The notes beneath the pieces were generated by a model. That model was not told where the DNA came from, did no database searches, and worked only from the letters and a program-made list of their open reading frames with translations. A stretch of 64,000 nucleotides of DNA from Camelus ferus (lineage: Eukaryota). The stretch's first letter is position 1; every line of letters starts with the position of its first letter. Of this stretch, positions 38,631-52,329 are shown in pieces. Position numbers and translations under genes: made by a program. The stretch is from positions 73,720,001 through 73,784,000 of the forward strand of contig NC_045697.1 in assembly GCF_009834535.1 (NCBI RefSeq), given 5' to 3'.

Positions 38631-40454
38631 GAAAGACAAGCCTTTTGATCGGGGTTACTGACCAAGTGAAAAAGAAAGGCAGTATCATGGGAGGAATCCA
38701 AGAGATTCTGTCTTAGATTCCCTCAAGTTGTACTTTGTAGATGGTACTTACTCAGTATACTCCTATGGCAATTTGCCCTTTTTGTAAACTTGGAAAAATA
38801 TAATGTTTATACATTTTCTTAAGCTTAAAAATCTCAGCTGTTTAATTTGCCCTGCAGTATCTCTCATTAGTAGATAATTGACTGGCATAATTCTTCCTTC
38901 CTACAGACATAGAAATTGGATTGCCAGGTTCCACATTGTTTATCATACCACCAGACAGGCCAACCCATGCCTTCCTATAATCACTGACTCACAACGCCTA
39001 TCAGATACCTACAGTGCATGCAGCTCTGTGTTAGGAGCTGAATATGCAAAAGCGAATTTGAGCCAAAGAAGCTTACTAGTACACTGTAGGCAGATGATTA
39101 GGTACTTTCCCTTGTGTTTCCCAGCCTCTGTCTTAAGAAATCAGTAAAAGCTTCACAAAGAAGAGATGTAACTCGTTAGTTTCTCACTTTCCAAAGCCAA
39201 AGAGAACACAGTAAATAGGAGTAGATGGCTGACATACACTTTAAGTTTTCACTCTTGAAATCTTTGGATGGCTTTTAAATACTTGGGGTAACGATCAATA
39301 TGACAATCTTGTGCTCGTCAGTAGAAATAAGATATTACAAATGCAGAACTTCTCCCCATTCTTCTCACTGGGGAGGGCCTGCTCAGTAGCATAACTTCTA
39401 AACACCCATCAGACCACCTAAAATTAGCAGATACTTGGAACTGGTGAGGGCAGAGGAAGCAGTGATTCTAATCCACCACCTGAAGTCATATGACTCATCT
39501 AAAGCCGAAGTGGTAAGAAGCATTCAGGCCAGGAATCTGAAATTATGAGCAGCAAAGAAAGTCATAATGATTGTACTGATGAGTCATCTACCATCTGCTT
39601 CTCATTCAGAAAAGATAAGTCAAGATACAAATAACCAAGAGCAAAGCGATACCAAGATACCAAGAAAATGCAAAACAGGAAAGATGAAGCGTGTGAGAAG
39701 CTATCATTAGGAGACTGATTTATTCAGAACCCCATTAAGCAGGCTGGCCAGATCTAAGTAGGATGAGACCTAAAACCTGCAGTAACTGATGCGGAACAGG
39801 GAAGGAGGCCTAACACTAACCAGAGAACGGGAACCAAGAGACTCAGTAGGTGAGTTTCAGTCTACCAACTCATTCTTCCAACTCTACTTGCTGGCTCAAC
39901 TTGCAACATCAGAGGCAAGAAAAGGCCCTAATGAGAAGACTGCATTCTGATGAGAGAAGAGAAGCTGATAACGCACATGAGGTCTCTTCTTCGTTCCTCG
40001 ATACCTTGAGGCCCTCTCCTATGACCCACTTTGGCTCTCTCACTAAGACCGGGAACTATTCTACAGAATTGTGCCACGTTCAACGGTACTTCTGGTTTCG
40101 TTGCTCTTGGCTTATGTTTCTATTCGGTCACCAATCACACTGTGTTATGAGGTGTTGTCTGTACATCTGTTTATCTAATACATGGCAGACTCTTTGAGAG
40201 CAAAAGCAATAGCTTCTTCATCTCTTTCTCTCTAGGACCCAACAAATCTCCTGAACCAGAATAAGCATTTTAAAAATCTTAATGAATTGAATTTAACTGA
40301 ACTTCCCATTGGTATTTCATTTGTGGCCTGTCACCCTATATGTATGAACATAATAGGATTTTGGTTATAATACTTCTACAGAACCCTGTGAAGTTCCATT
40401 GAGATTCTAGCTGCCCTACTCAGAAGCTTAGGTAAAGTGGGGCAGTAGACTGAT

Positions 40455-40810
40455 ATTCACTCATTCATTCATGCTGCAAATCTTTATTGAGCATCGGCTA
40501 TGTGCTACACACAGTTCTTGGAACCTAGTCAACAAACTAAGATCCCTGCCCTTGTGGAGCTTACATTCCAGTGGGAAGCAGAACAAAAAATAAATACAAT
40601 CAGTAGACTGCTAATATCATAGAAGATGATAAATGTAACGGAAAAGAGATAAGGTAGATGAAGACAGATCAGGAGTGCCAGGATCAAGATTGGAGGTTGG
40701 GCCATTTGCAGCACTAAATAGAATAGTCAGAGCATGCCTCATTGAGAAGGTGAGGTTTGAGCAGACTTGAAGGAGGCAATGGGGTTAGCCAAGTGGATAT
40801 TTGAGAAAAG
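40455..40810 (-). mobile_element. L2 3' end
   Basis: ttcactcattcattca..tttattgagcatc..tccctgcccttgtggagcttacattccagtggg..gagaaggtgaggtttgagcagacttgaagga. Confidence 0.85.
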
Positions 40811-43800
40811 ACGGATCACACTTTCCTCTCCCACCTCCATCGAGAGCTTTCATCCAGCGCTGCCTTTGAGACACAGAAGATGTGGTTAGCTTGCTGAGCT
40901 GCCAGAGCACTTGTTTTTGGCTCACACAGTAAATTCAGTGAGTAAGGTTTTAGTCATTTTGTGACTGTCGCGTGACGTAGGAGACTGAGTACAGGAACAG
41001 AGAAAGGAGAAGCAGCACAAGACTCAAGAATGAGGAGGTGGGAAGGAGAGGGAACGCCGTGCTAATCTGAGATCAGGGAAGGTTCTGGAAATCTTGTCTC
41101 TAGTATGAAGTCAAAACCTTTCCTATTTCTTAAATGTTCTCCCCTGTAATGAGTTTAAGTTATCTAAATCTGACATTTAAAACTCACAGGGTCTTTTTGC
41201 TGCCACTGAAGACTTCTTTTAACTGGTTTCCCCTTCCTTCTGTATTTATGTGGCAACCAAAGGAGAGCAATCAAAACTATGATTTCCAGCCCAGGATAGG
41301 GAATTTCAGTTTTATTGTTTTAATCCTTGCTCTCTACCAGTCTTATCACATATCTTTCTGTTCCTTGGGGCTTTTTCAACATAGCTAATCAAAACATAGT
41401 TAAAAATGTATGCATTTCAACTAAATATGGTTATTGAATAATTGACAGGTCCTGACTATATACCAAGAACATAAACATGAGGAAGATGTGGTTCTATCAG
41501 TAGTGAGAAGCCATCCTTAGTAACCTCTTGGGGTGTTACTATACCATCACCTGTTGGGGTGTGACTATACCACAGGTCAGAATATAATGACCATTAAGTC
41601 ACAAGAAAACAATAAAATATATTCCTCATACCCCAAAAATAATTCAGTCAAAAATAACAAACATTTTTTCCCAATGGAATCTAACAAGGTGAGACTTAAG
41701 AAAACTCATGTTCTTACCAATGATTATTTGACTACTGCCATTGTCTTTCCCATAAACGTCTGAAAACCCAGCAACATTTAGCCACTTCTCCTGGTTCCTG
41801 TTAGTAAGTCTGTGTTTCACCAAAAGGCCTTAATCGTGCACATTTACCGTTTTCTCACTACACCACAGGGAAGGAAGAGGATGGAAGCTTCACAAAAGTC
41901 AATAAAGAACTGGAAACAGTGAAGTTAGGTGAAGCCCTAAGACAGGGACTATGGACAAGCATAGAGGTTGTCGGAGACCGCAGACCTTTTGGAGTGTCTC
42001 TTCTGGAGAGCTTGATATTTCTGTGTTGATTGTACAGCGAGGTCTGCCCATTGGGTGGTGGTGGTGTAATTTATGTAATACGGAGCGCAGATGTCAGAGA
42101 AATCAAGTTTTCTTCAGCCTTAGGGGTCTTAAGTAAAGAATTCCCCCCAAAATTCAAATAACAAAACATGTAAACCACATGTACGTGGTGTTTGGCGTCA
42201 TATCACAGAAATGGGTTTGCATCAGTGAGCAGGTAGCTGCTGACCTGAAATGGGATTTCTCTTCTGCAGAGGGAATTGCAGACAGGTGAGAATGGGAGGA
42301 GAAAATAAGCACGTCCCTCCCAGACCACCCTCTTTGTCTTCTTCGTTCAGGAGTCTCATCACTCCGGGGAGGATTTTGCACCACTTCTGTTTTGTTGCTG
42401 GGCCTATCCAGTTTCTATACCCAAATGAAGTATTCCTGGAATTTAAGGTGTCATTTTACCAGCCTAACCGCAAGTTCTGCATTGTTTCCTCTGCTCTGCT
42501 CTCACCCTTGAGTAATACCTCTCCCTCACTACTAAATTCAGTGTCCCTGTCTAGGGCTCAGAGAAGAATACTGAGCCCTCGGCTCCTGCATATCTTCACA
42601 AAAGGTAAGACAGACCAGCAGAGCAGTAAAATGACAGGCCCTTTGTTTGAGCCCAACACCGGGACTTCCCCTTTGGTATAAGCTGAGTCACATTTTTCCT
42701 GTTGTCAACTTGAAGCCTGTCCGTTGATGTACGATAGGGCTATCTTGCTGATGTAGAAAGCCAGGCAGACAGGTTTCCTTGCATTTGTTTGCCTTACCTT
42801 GGACCCTTACCAATTAGAAACTGCCCACTGGCCAACGGAGATAAGACGTGGTTTATTAAAGCCCAGATACTATGCTGAATGAACTAATTTCTGACCATTT
42901 TCTTCTGTGAACATGCTATCCGAAGTTCCTGCCTTGTGCAATCTTACTGGTTTTGACACAAGTCTTTTGGGATGCATATGTGCATTTTATTCTTGATATC
43001 TGTTCAGTTGACACGTGCTTTCAAACCACACATATCTTTGATTGGCTGGTAAATTGTGAAAACAGGAAGTCAAAGGATGGAATCAATTGTGAAACAGACA
43101 TAATAAGTGAAGCTTTCTGTGTAAGTGCCAAGATGCGAATGCGGTTGTAAGAAACAAACAAACACAAAAATGAAATGATAATATTAAAGTAATTCCAACA
43201 GAAAGAGTGAACATCAAGAATGCTCTAATTATCATATTTTTAAGGCCTTTTAATCAATGAGATGGTTGCAGATCTTAATCTACAATATTGTTGCTAGACA
43301 TGATAAAATCTCCAAAATTAGGTGAGGGGTGTGATGACATTTGCTGGCTAGGAAATATTTGAGATAATATTTTTTTTTTGTCTGAAATCACTATCTGCAT
43401 TGAACTGAAAGAAAAAAAAGAAACTTGCTGTTCTAATTTAATCCCTTCATTTTTTTGGCAAATATCGACTGAGTTCTTACTCTAGGACAGGGTTGTGGAG
43501 ATCATAGCATATTCCCTTCTTGCTTATAAACCTTTGCATGGAGACTTTTCTTGTAATTCTTCAAAGTTGCCAAGCATCGATTCTCCTGTGATATTATTCT
43601 TCTGTGGTGAATTCTCAAAATGAAGGGTTTTTTGTTTGTTTGTTTGCTTGTATTTTAATGAAGGATTTTTTTTATCCTCAGTGTAAAGAATCAAAGATGC
43701 CCTCAGGTCAGTGGGTAAGAGGAACACAGGCAAATATTAGAGTAAAAGAATGAGGCAATTTTTAGACAAATATCAGAATTACTACTTTACTAGTATGTAA

Positions 43801-44309
43801 TGAGTTTATGAAATTTATTACTTCATATCTTTCAGAAATGAATGGATTTTTTAAATATTTGGATAAATTTTGAGGTAGGACTGCTGTTGGCAGTAGAATA
43901 GAAGGCCAGAGGATGGACCACTCATGGTAAATCTTGTTCATCCATTTTTTTTTTTGAGAATTCCTATATGAAATATGCTATATAAATGAGATCATGTGCC
44001 ATCCATTCAGATAACTGACTTTTTCAAAGTATGATCAATATCTCTCAAGGTCTATCTCTGCCTGAAAAGAATTTAAAATATTACACTGGGACATTTTAAT
44101 GTCATCTTGTTGGAGGGAGAATAAAGAATTAATGATGAGGACTTAGCACAATTGTGTGTTGGTTAGAAAATTAAATCACAATGCATATATCAATCCCTTT
44201 AACCTTCAAACAACATTTTAAGAGACTTTCAGGAGGAAGTACTTTGGAGGCAGTCAGATATTCATTTCAGTCAGCCTTAATTATATTAAAAAATCTGGTT
44301 CCTAGAAAT

Positions 44310-44470
44310 TTAAAAATCAAAGCTAGAAGAAAATAAATCTACTCTAACCCTCTCATCTTACAGATAAGCAAACTGAGGCACAAACAAATTAAGTGACTTG
44401 CAAAGGTCACAGGATTAATATAGGGAAGAAGCCAAGCCAAGCCCAGGTCACCTAGATACCAGAGCTTGAT
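44310..44470 (-). mobile_element. MIR SINE
   Basis: ctcatcttacagataagcaaactgaggcaca..ttaagtgacttgcaaaggtcacag. Confidence 0.75.
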
Positions 44471-45339
44471 TCATGTATGTGCACTGACAGGAAGAGGAAA
44501 TAACACTGCATCCTAGAACTATCCAGTTATCCGTAGCTCATATTGTGAAATGATCCCATTTGGGGATGGAATCAATCACTAATTGGAAAGGCCCTGCATT
44601 GACTTTAAGCTCATGAATCTGCCTCAAAAGGTGGTTCATTTGTCATAGTTCTGTCACATCCACGCTGCATTCCAGAGCTGCCGGCCAACCCTGGACTAAC
44701 AAAACAGCCCTTTTTATTGTTTAATAGAAAGATGAAAAGTGAAGAAAATTTCTAAGTATAAAGGCCCTCCCAAAGAGAAATCCAGAGAAAATATCAATAA
44801 TAATGCAAAATATTCAGCTATGCAATTTCCAAGACTTTCATTTAACTGTATAGTCAAATAACACTATTATTCATTTCACAGCTATAGATCAATTTGCTCA
44901 TGTGTGAAACCTATGAAATAACAACCATTTTCTCTTCAGATGAGTGATCCTGGTTTGAGTTACCCATACAATTTGATGAAAATACATTATTCCAGATGGA
45001 CTCCAGTTGCTGGGCAGATGGAAATGTGTAAGTAAAAGACTAAAAACTTTATTATCCTAAATTGGGTGGTCAGAGAATGAAAATATGAGAACATAACTTT
45101 ATCCCACATAATTTGTAAGTTTCCTGAATTCTTAAAAATTCTTCTCAGGAGAAAAAAAAAAAACTTCAAGAAAAATGTATAAAGTTTTGACATATATTTA
45201 CATTTAAAATTATCTACTTTCATAGTCGAATTTTTATCCATAATTTGCAGCTATACTAAATATATTTGTAATATAGTCACTTTCCATTTTCGCATACTGA
45301 GCTAATTTGTCTATAAACCAAGCTCAGATATTCTCACTC

Positions 45340-46752
45340 TTCTTTAGTTGAATGTACAGTATCTCCCTCCCACCATGGGCATAGGTGCAAACTGAGAGAA
45401 TGTCACTGGTGTGACTGTGATGAGTGGCACGAGGGTCTGGGCTGCCTGGTCATGCAGCTTACTGTGTTCTCTGTCACTGCCTGTGACGCATCTAGATATA
45501 CCCTTCTACCTAGTGATAGACTGCTGCCGGGCCCATCTGTCTTCATGACTCGGCCAGTCCAACAGAAATTAGCTCATAATGGGCAGCTCAGTCGGCATCC
45601 TGTAGGCAAGAGTTTCATCTCTACTAGACTCAAGATCACTCCAAGAGCCGTTTTTCAGGAAGTATCTCATTCTCCATTGCAGATGGCATGGCCTTGCTCC
45701 AAACTCCCAAAGGCCTGCCTTGAGTGTCTGTCACTAGAGGTTGCCATTGGCTCCAAACAACATCTTTTCCCAATACCGACAACCTCCAGCACTGTAGGGT
45801 CTTATGGATCTCATAGCCCGAGGACCTAGACCCCACTGCAGCCTAAACCCGATGCAGAGCCCTTTCCAGCTCTAGTGCCCCCTCAAAGCAGACAGCCTTC
45901 TGTGTAACCAAGGGTATATGCTACAGGAGCATTTCTATTTGTAGAGGGTGTGGCATCTAGAACCTGAGGAGACCTACCAGGAGCAGTGCTTCCCTCCTTG
46001 TGATGGGGATGCAAGATGCAGCAATTAGACTTTTACATAGGAGAGCAACTTCCACCGTGTTACTGATCACTGGGTACCTATAAACTTCGCTGAAGTGACA
46101 GGTTCCTGAAACTTCATCTCCCACAACCAGGGATTGCCAACTCTTATTATAGAGGAGTAGACTAGTTCTGTAAACTTTGAACATTCAGGAAGGTCTACAG
46201 AACCAAAATCCTCTGGGGGGCATCTATCCAGATGCTTCTATCCTATGTTTTAAGGTCCCAGGTTTTCCCAATCAGGGCCCATCAAAGCATCTCTGCAGCT
46301 TCTAGAACTCCATCAAGTATTGAGTCTGTTCTTCAGCTCTTCACTGCTCCACTGAGGGAGATTGGTGCCTCTTAATAAAGTACCAGAGAGGCACTCTGGT
46401 TCTCACTCTGAGGATTTGTTGTGTGTTAAGGGCCCTCAGCTTCTCATTATCCCTCTGCAGAGCGTCAACATAGCCTAGTAATAACCAGCCAACTCTGCAG
46501 TCCTTGCATGCCCCACCTCCATGTCTTCTAAATCCCTGAATCATCACACCTGCAAAGAGGTCTCCCTTGTGATGTTTCTGCAAGTCGCCACTGGTAAAAT
46601 GTTCAGCTGTTGGACTGCCATCCTGTGCCAGGGACTGTCAGTTTCCCACCTTCCTCTTCAGATGGGGTCCTCCTTACCTGCTGGGCAGTGAATGAGCCCA
46701 GGGCTCAAATCTATCTTACCACCTGATTTATCAGAACATTTTGAGTATCAAC
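45340..46752 (-). mobile_element. ERVL-class internal remnant (gag start and partial pol), internally deleted
   Basis: Minus ORF 46341-46583 CKDCRVGWLLLGYVDALQRDNEKLRALN resembles ERVL/MaLR gag N-terminus; PBS-like agttgatactcaaaatg next to the LTR. Confidence 0.7.
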
Positions 46753-46910
46753 TGTATAAATTCAGGTCAACCAGAGGCAGACATCAAGATAGGATTACAC
46801 ATGTAAGATATTTATTAGGAAAAACTCATGAATAATAAAGGGGGAGGGAGCAGGAGTAGGAAAAGCCTTCAGAGCACAATGGACCTGACACCTGTAAAAA
46901 GACAGAGAGT
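46753..46910 (-). mobile_element. 3' part of the 5' LTR of the adjacent ERVL element
   Basis: tgta terminus; gcagacatcaagataggatt..atttatt (polyA-signal-like on minus)..gacctgacacctgtaaaa. Confidence 0.55.
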
Positions 46911-47240
46911 TTGTCATCCTGCATCAGATGATCTTGAACTCTATACGTCTCCCATTTCTGCATCTGTTGCTCACAAAGTGATCAGAAGAACTGAAGGTAG
47001 ATGTACATGAACAGGCCTAGCTTAGAATCCATACAGAAGGGGTCCTTAACAACTGTTGTTACAGGTTCACTGCAAAAACACAGGGGAAATAATAGGCAGA
47101 GCCCTGAGTGTCCTTCAAAGAAATACAGTGCCCTTAATTCCATGTGTAAACAGGTAGCCAGGAGGCTGCCTCTCTCTGCATTTACAACAACCCCTATTTC
47201 TCACCTAACTCAATGTTTAGCGCGCTCTCTCTATATATAA

Positions 47241-47375
47241 TTTTTTTTTCTTTTTTGGAGAGGAGCTAATTAGGTTTAGTTATTTATTTTTTGGAGGAGG
47301 CACTGGGGATTGAACCCAGGACCTTGTACATGCTAAGCATGCACTCTACCACTTGAGCTACACCTTCTCCCCCCC
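47241..47375 (-). mobile_element. vic-1-type SINE, long form
   Basis: taattaggttta..ggaggcactggggattgaacccaggaccttgtacatgctaagcatgcactctaccacttgagctacacc. Confidence 0.93.
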
Positions 47376-47784
47376 TGCATTTTATATTTTAAATAGCATG
47401 AGGAAGAAAACAGAATTCACTTATCTCTTATAGACATGACCTCAGAAATGTATTCTGCTTTATAACCGTTATTATTAATGAAAATGCATCTCTTCTATTG
47501 TTTAATCAGAAAGAGGAAAAACAGGGCTTGTGACGGGAGGTAGGACAAGGCAAACAAATGTGGAGTGCTGGTCCATGCCACGCACTGCTGTAAGCCCTTT
47601 AAAAATGCCTTCATACTCCAGCCTTACAACAGCACTCTCGAGTAAGGATTATTATCTACATCTTACATGAAAACCAAGGTTTATAATGGTTAACTTGTCC
47701 ATAGTAATTCAGTTAATTGGCAGAAATGATTAGTCATTGACTCCAGACTCATGTATATTTCATCTTTTAAAAACTTTATCTGTT

Positions 47785-47879
47785 GGTGGGGGGAGAAATA
47801 GCTCAGTGGTAGAGCACATTCTTAGTTATGCATGAGGTCCTGGGTTCAATCCCCAGTACCTCCATTTAAAAAACAAACA
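47785..47879 (+). mobile_element. vic-1-type SINE, short form
   Basis: atagctcagtggtagagcac..tgaggtcctgggttcaatccccagtacctcca; TSD aaaactttatctgt 47770-47783 / aaacctttatctgt 47880-47893. Confidence 0.93.
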
Positions 47880-48569
47880 AAACCTTTATCTGTAAAGTGG
47901 GCCTTATGCAAGAATTATAAAAATGTTTTTAGCTTAAATCATTTTCTTTCCAATATAAAAAAGAATTTTCCCTATGCTATGGATTTTAAAACCTATAATG
48001 ATTTTTGTCCCTACCTCACGTTATTTTAAGTAGTTAATTGTTCATCGATCTATTTCTCTCATTTAAATTTAAACTCCTTGAGGGCAGCTATCATGTCTAA
48101 TTCATCTCATCCCCAACCAACTAGAACAAAGCCTGAATATTGTACATTCTTAATTTACGTGTGTTAAGTCAAATAGGAAATCTCAAACAACTCAGTTAAT
48201 TTTTCTGCTAGTTCTCCAGTTATTTTGATATAACAAATTAGAACATTATAGTGGAAAACACATTCTCCTCTTTACTCTGTGGGACCCACATCATGATGGA
48301 GGAGCCCTCTCAGAAGCCTTAAAACTCTCCTGTTTGTTGAGAACCCAAAGTTGTTTAACTAGGTTTTTTTTCTTAGCTAAAAGATAGATGTGGGCTATGG
48401 GAATCAACAGGGAGTCCTTATCCTGGAAACTCATCCCCTGAGTTCCCCACTGCTTGGAAAGATGACCAATGGAAAGCATGAAAGTAGAGAGCACATGGGA
48501 TTTGGAGAACAGATCATGAAAGGTGACTTCAGAATAGAAGGCGCTGGCAGTGGCTTCCTGAGTTCACAT

Positions 48570-48800
48570 CGTGGTGAAGAGCGCAGGCTTTGGAGACAGA
48601 CCAGCCTTAGTTTGAATCCTGTGTGTGGCACTGAGCTGTGTGCCCTTGGACCAGTTGCTGAACTTCGCTAACCACAGTTTCCCTGCGTGTAAAACAGAGA
48701 TGCTAATAGTGGTGTTGTGAGAATGAAAAGGAAGAGCAAACATAAAGCATTTAGGACATGACCAGCCCAGGATAAATACTCATTACATAGTTATTTTGAC
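48570..48800 (+). mobile_element. MIR SINE
   Basis: gtggtgaagagcgcaggctttggagacagac..tttgaatcctg..cagtttccctgcgtgtaaaacagagatgctaatag. Confidence 0.8.
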
Positions 48801-51519
48801 TCATTCTTATTTTTTCTCTGCATGCAACCAGCTGCTCGTATGTCTGAGCCAAATGATAACACTTGGAACTCACAGTTTTAGTAGGTCTTTGCATTTCCAC
48901 AGCACATTTCATCTCAGAGAACCAAAGCCCTGGAAGATATTAATTCTTATTTACTTTATTTATACTGGTAAAGGCGGGAGCACATACACTGGCCTAGTTA
49001 CTCAAAAGAACGAACTCCACACGCACAAAGTAAAACCAAGTAAACCCTTAGTGGAATCTAGGTCTCTCATCTTTCAGGATGCCTCTTTAATTGGATCAGA
49101 TGATCTGTTTCCAGTGGCTAAATATTATTTATTGGCAGTGTAAGTCAAAGCTGCTGATATATTACTCTTTTGGGGAGTGTTTGTTTTGGGAAAACTGCTC
49201 TCAAATTTTCTAAATGTGAATTTAAAAGTCTGTCAGTCTATGTGCCGATAACACAAAACAGATTGTAAATGTAACGGGATGCAATCAAGTCAAACAAATC
49301 CAAGGAAAGCGCCAGAAGGCTTAATATTAGGACTGCTCCTGTTCACAGGCTCTTGCTAATGACGGAACAATTGTTGGTGCTGATTTGTAGCTGGCGTTGA
49401 TATGCAGACAGCGACACTTTCATCTAAAATCCCGCTCCAAATTTTTTTAATCCTGTCAGTGAATTTGCTGTGTCTGCAAAGAGCAACTCCAAAGAACCTT
49501 TCTAAATAATAAGAAATGGGAATAGGCCAGCAGCATCTTTTCATTCTGAATCCAGGGTATTCATTGAAATATACCATGATTTTTCTCTTTGTCATTGTTT
49601 TTTGTCATCTACTGGGATACCTGCCTCTGAACTCCTGGTGTGAATTTACAATAAACACGGCTTTAAAATCCTGAAATTGGTCAAGGATGGAGGGAGGTGG
49701 GCATTAAACTACGGAAGGGTATTTGCAAGATTCCAAACTCATCGAACGTTTCCTGCAGAAAATAAAAAAATGTAAATGTGCTCTGTCTGCTGCTCACGTT
49801 TACTGTGGGGACCAGGTTTTTTTTTTTTTTTTTTTTTAATCAAACAGCACCTGCCTCTCTATTCAGAGATGTCTGCGTGTGCGGATAAGTGCAAACAACA
49901 AAGGCTTCGACTGTGGCAGCGGCTGCATCATCTGCTGAGAACTTGCCATTCTGCGTCAGGTTCAGAGGCTGAGGTTTGGTGCAGGGAACGGAGCTTTCAA
50001 TATCAGGTGAATAGATTTTTATAAGAGGTTGGGAAGCTTTAGGTCTTAGAAGGAAAATAGTGCTTTAAAAATAGCCACATTTCTTTTGTACTGCAATTAT
50101 CAGTGCATGACAAGTCATTTTTCTATTCTGTTCCATGTGGGCAAAAGGAAATATCCTCTACCCATCTCTGTGGGCTAGACATTGTAAGAAGTCAAAGTGT
50201 CCCCGGATTTAATCAGTTTCTTGAGAATGTGCAGTTTACCTAAAAGACTGATCCTGAAACACCTCTTTTAAGGGAGGATGAACAAATGGTAACAAATTCA
50301 TCAATTGGTCCAGGAAGTCAGCTGTCACATGTTCACTGTTTAAGCAGGTAATATTGATTAAATTGGTGGCATTTCCATAATTCCTACTGGAAAGAAGTTC
50401 ACATTGTGTAAGTGACCAAACATCAGAAACACAAACAGGCTTGTTAAGAGTTGAAAAAATGATACGGGTATAAAGTGTAGAACAGTACCTTGAGTCGAGC
50501 TCAGCTTTGACATTGATGGTGTGACCCAGGCAGATCCCGTAATGCCTCTGAGATTCCATTTCCACTATAAAGTGGAAAGGGTCAAATGTTCCTTTAATTG
50601 TGAGAAGGAAATGGAAAAATGTTTGTGAAGAACTCTGCAAATGGTAAAACACCTTAAGAGCACCAGGAAAAAAAGGAGCCAGAGGAATGATAATACTAAC
50701 AGTAATAATTATAAAATAATTGTAATATGATTAAACATAACAATGACTATTATTACTATTCAAAAGAGCAAATCTTGCCCAGAATTGGTAGATGGTACAG
50801 CTCACCTATGTTGTTCTTATGCTCTGGACTGGAGGACAAGGAGACACACACATAATCCCATATGAAAAAATGAAGTCTGTCATGACTGAGGTGGACTCCA
50901 GATACATAAACATGAGTTCTTTGAAAGAAACTCTGCAGACCCTGAATTAAAGTCACATCTTTCGGAGACCCTTTTTCAAAAGCAAGGGGTGGGCTGACAG
51001 AGGATCCTCTTCACCTGAGAACTTGCAGGGTTTCAAATGATCTTGACCCACAGAACAGGGGTAAGGGAGGGGTGGTCACGTTAACTGGTGAAGGTCATGT
51101 TTCTCTCTCAATAAATCAGTTTCCCACGTGTTTATGTAGCCTACGTGAAGGTGCCAGTCAGTGGCAAGCATTCACTTTGTACCTCTGCTCCAAAACTGAC
51201 AGCTTCCCATTTTTACTGGAACCGAAGATTTTTAAATAGCCTCCTAGAAAGCTGCAGGAATTATGGATCAAAAACTACCACATATTTTTGCTTCTGAAAC
51301 TGACACCCCAGGAAAAAAAATACACTTATAACACTAGATGCACAAAGTATACAACTCCCACAGCCACTCTCCGGATGGTAAGTTTTGTGGTGAGAAGTTA
51401 AGGCAGCTAGTGATCACTTACGAAGAGTCTTAAGCCCTGCAGTTCCTCTCCTAAGATATGGAGAAAGACGTGACCAGCATAAGTAGGCTGCCAAGTGTTT
51501 CCCCTCCTTTGGTGGTTGT

Positions 51520-51950
51520 AGACTGTGTCTGTTTAGATAAGCTGGAACCACACTTCCCGGAATCTTCTTCCCTGTGTAGTCCTGGGTTAGTGCCCCGGAG
51601 ACGTTTGCGTGCGATTTGGGAGGCCAAGGAAAGCAGCAGCCGTTATGCTCAGAAGATCGTGGTTGCTCAAGTCAGGGAAGGATAGACAAAGAAGTTCCAG
51701 TCTATCCTGCTCTCCGTGATCCGTGCCCAGCTCCCTCCCTGACTGCCTGCTTTGCTGACCAATATAACAACTCCAACTCCAGGCTAAGGCTGCCACCAGA
51801 CCCTTCATGGTGAATTCACAGAGGCAATAGCCACAAAGAACCAGAAAGCTTCTGCAGACTTCTGCTCAGTGCCATTTCTGACGCCACGCTGGTGGCTGGA
51901 CATGACTGATCTCCTGCAGGCTTTAATTTGTTCACCCCCTTGAGAGCTGG
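51520..51950 (+). mobile_element. ERVL-class LTR (LTR33-like)
   Basis: gctggaaccacacttcccggaatcttcttccctgtgtagtcctgggttag motif shared with 3770-3815. Confidence 0.5.
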
Positions 51951-52141
51951 TTTAAGTCAGGTTCCTATATCAACACAGTACAAGTCGTTTGAAGGCATTT
52001 GGTGTAAGGGAAAAGCATGGGCTTCAAAGTCCTACAAATCTATGTACTCTTCCTAACTCTTTCCTTTTCTAGCTGTATAACCTGAATTTTCTTAAGCCTC
52101 CATTTCAACCTTCAGGAGAAGTAGTAAGAAATCCTACTTCT

Positions 52142-52311
52142 GGGAACTATATTAAATAGCTTATAATAACCTATAATGAAAAATTATCTATGTCTATATC
52201 TATATGTGAATCACTATGCTGTACACCAGAAACTAACACATTGTAAATCAACTATACTTTAATTTAAAAAAAAAAAGAAAAGAAGAAAAAAAAATAAATT
52301 GAAAAAAAATA
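52142..52311 (+). mobile_element. LINE-1 3' terminal fragment with long A tail
   Basis: gggaactatattaaatagcttataataacctataatg..tgaatcactatgctgtacaccagaaactaacac..; degenerate TSD aaatcctactt/aaatcctgcct. Confidence 0.88.
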
Positions 52312-52329
52312 AAATCCTGCCTTTGTCCT

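Noticed and set aside
29480..46752. One ERVL provirus split by about 15 kb of insertions
   Set aside because: The two pieces cover the same pol segment, and unique enhancer-like DNA lies between them.
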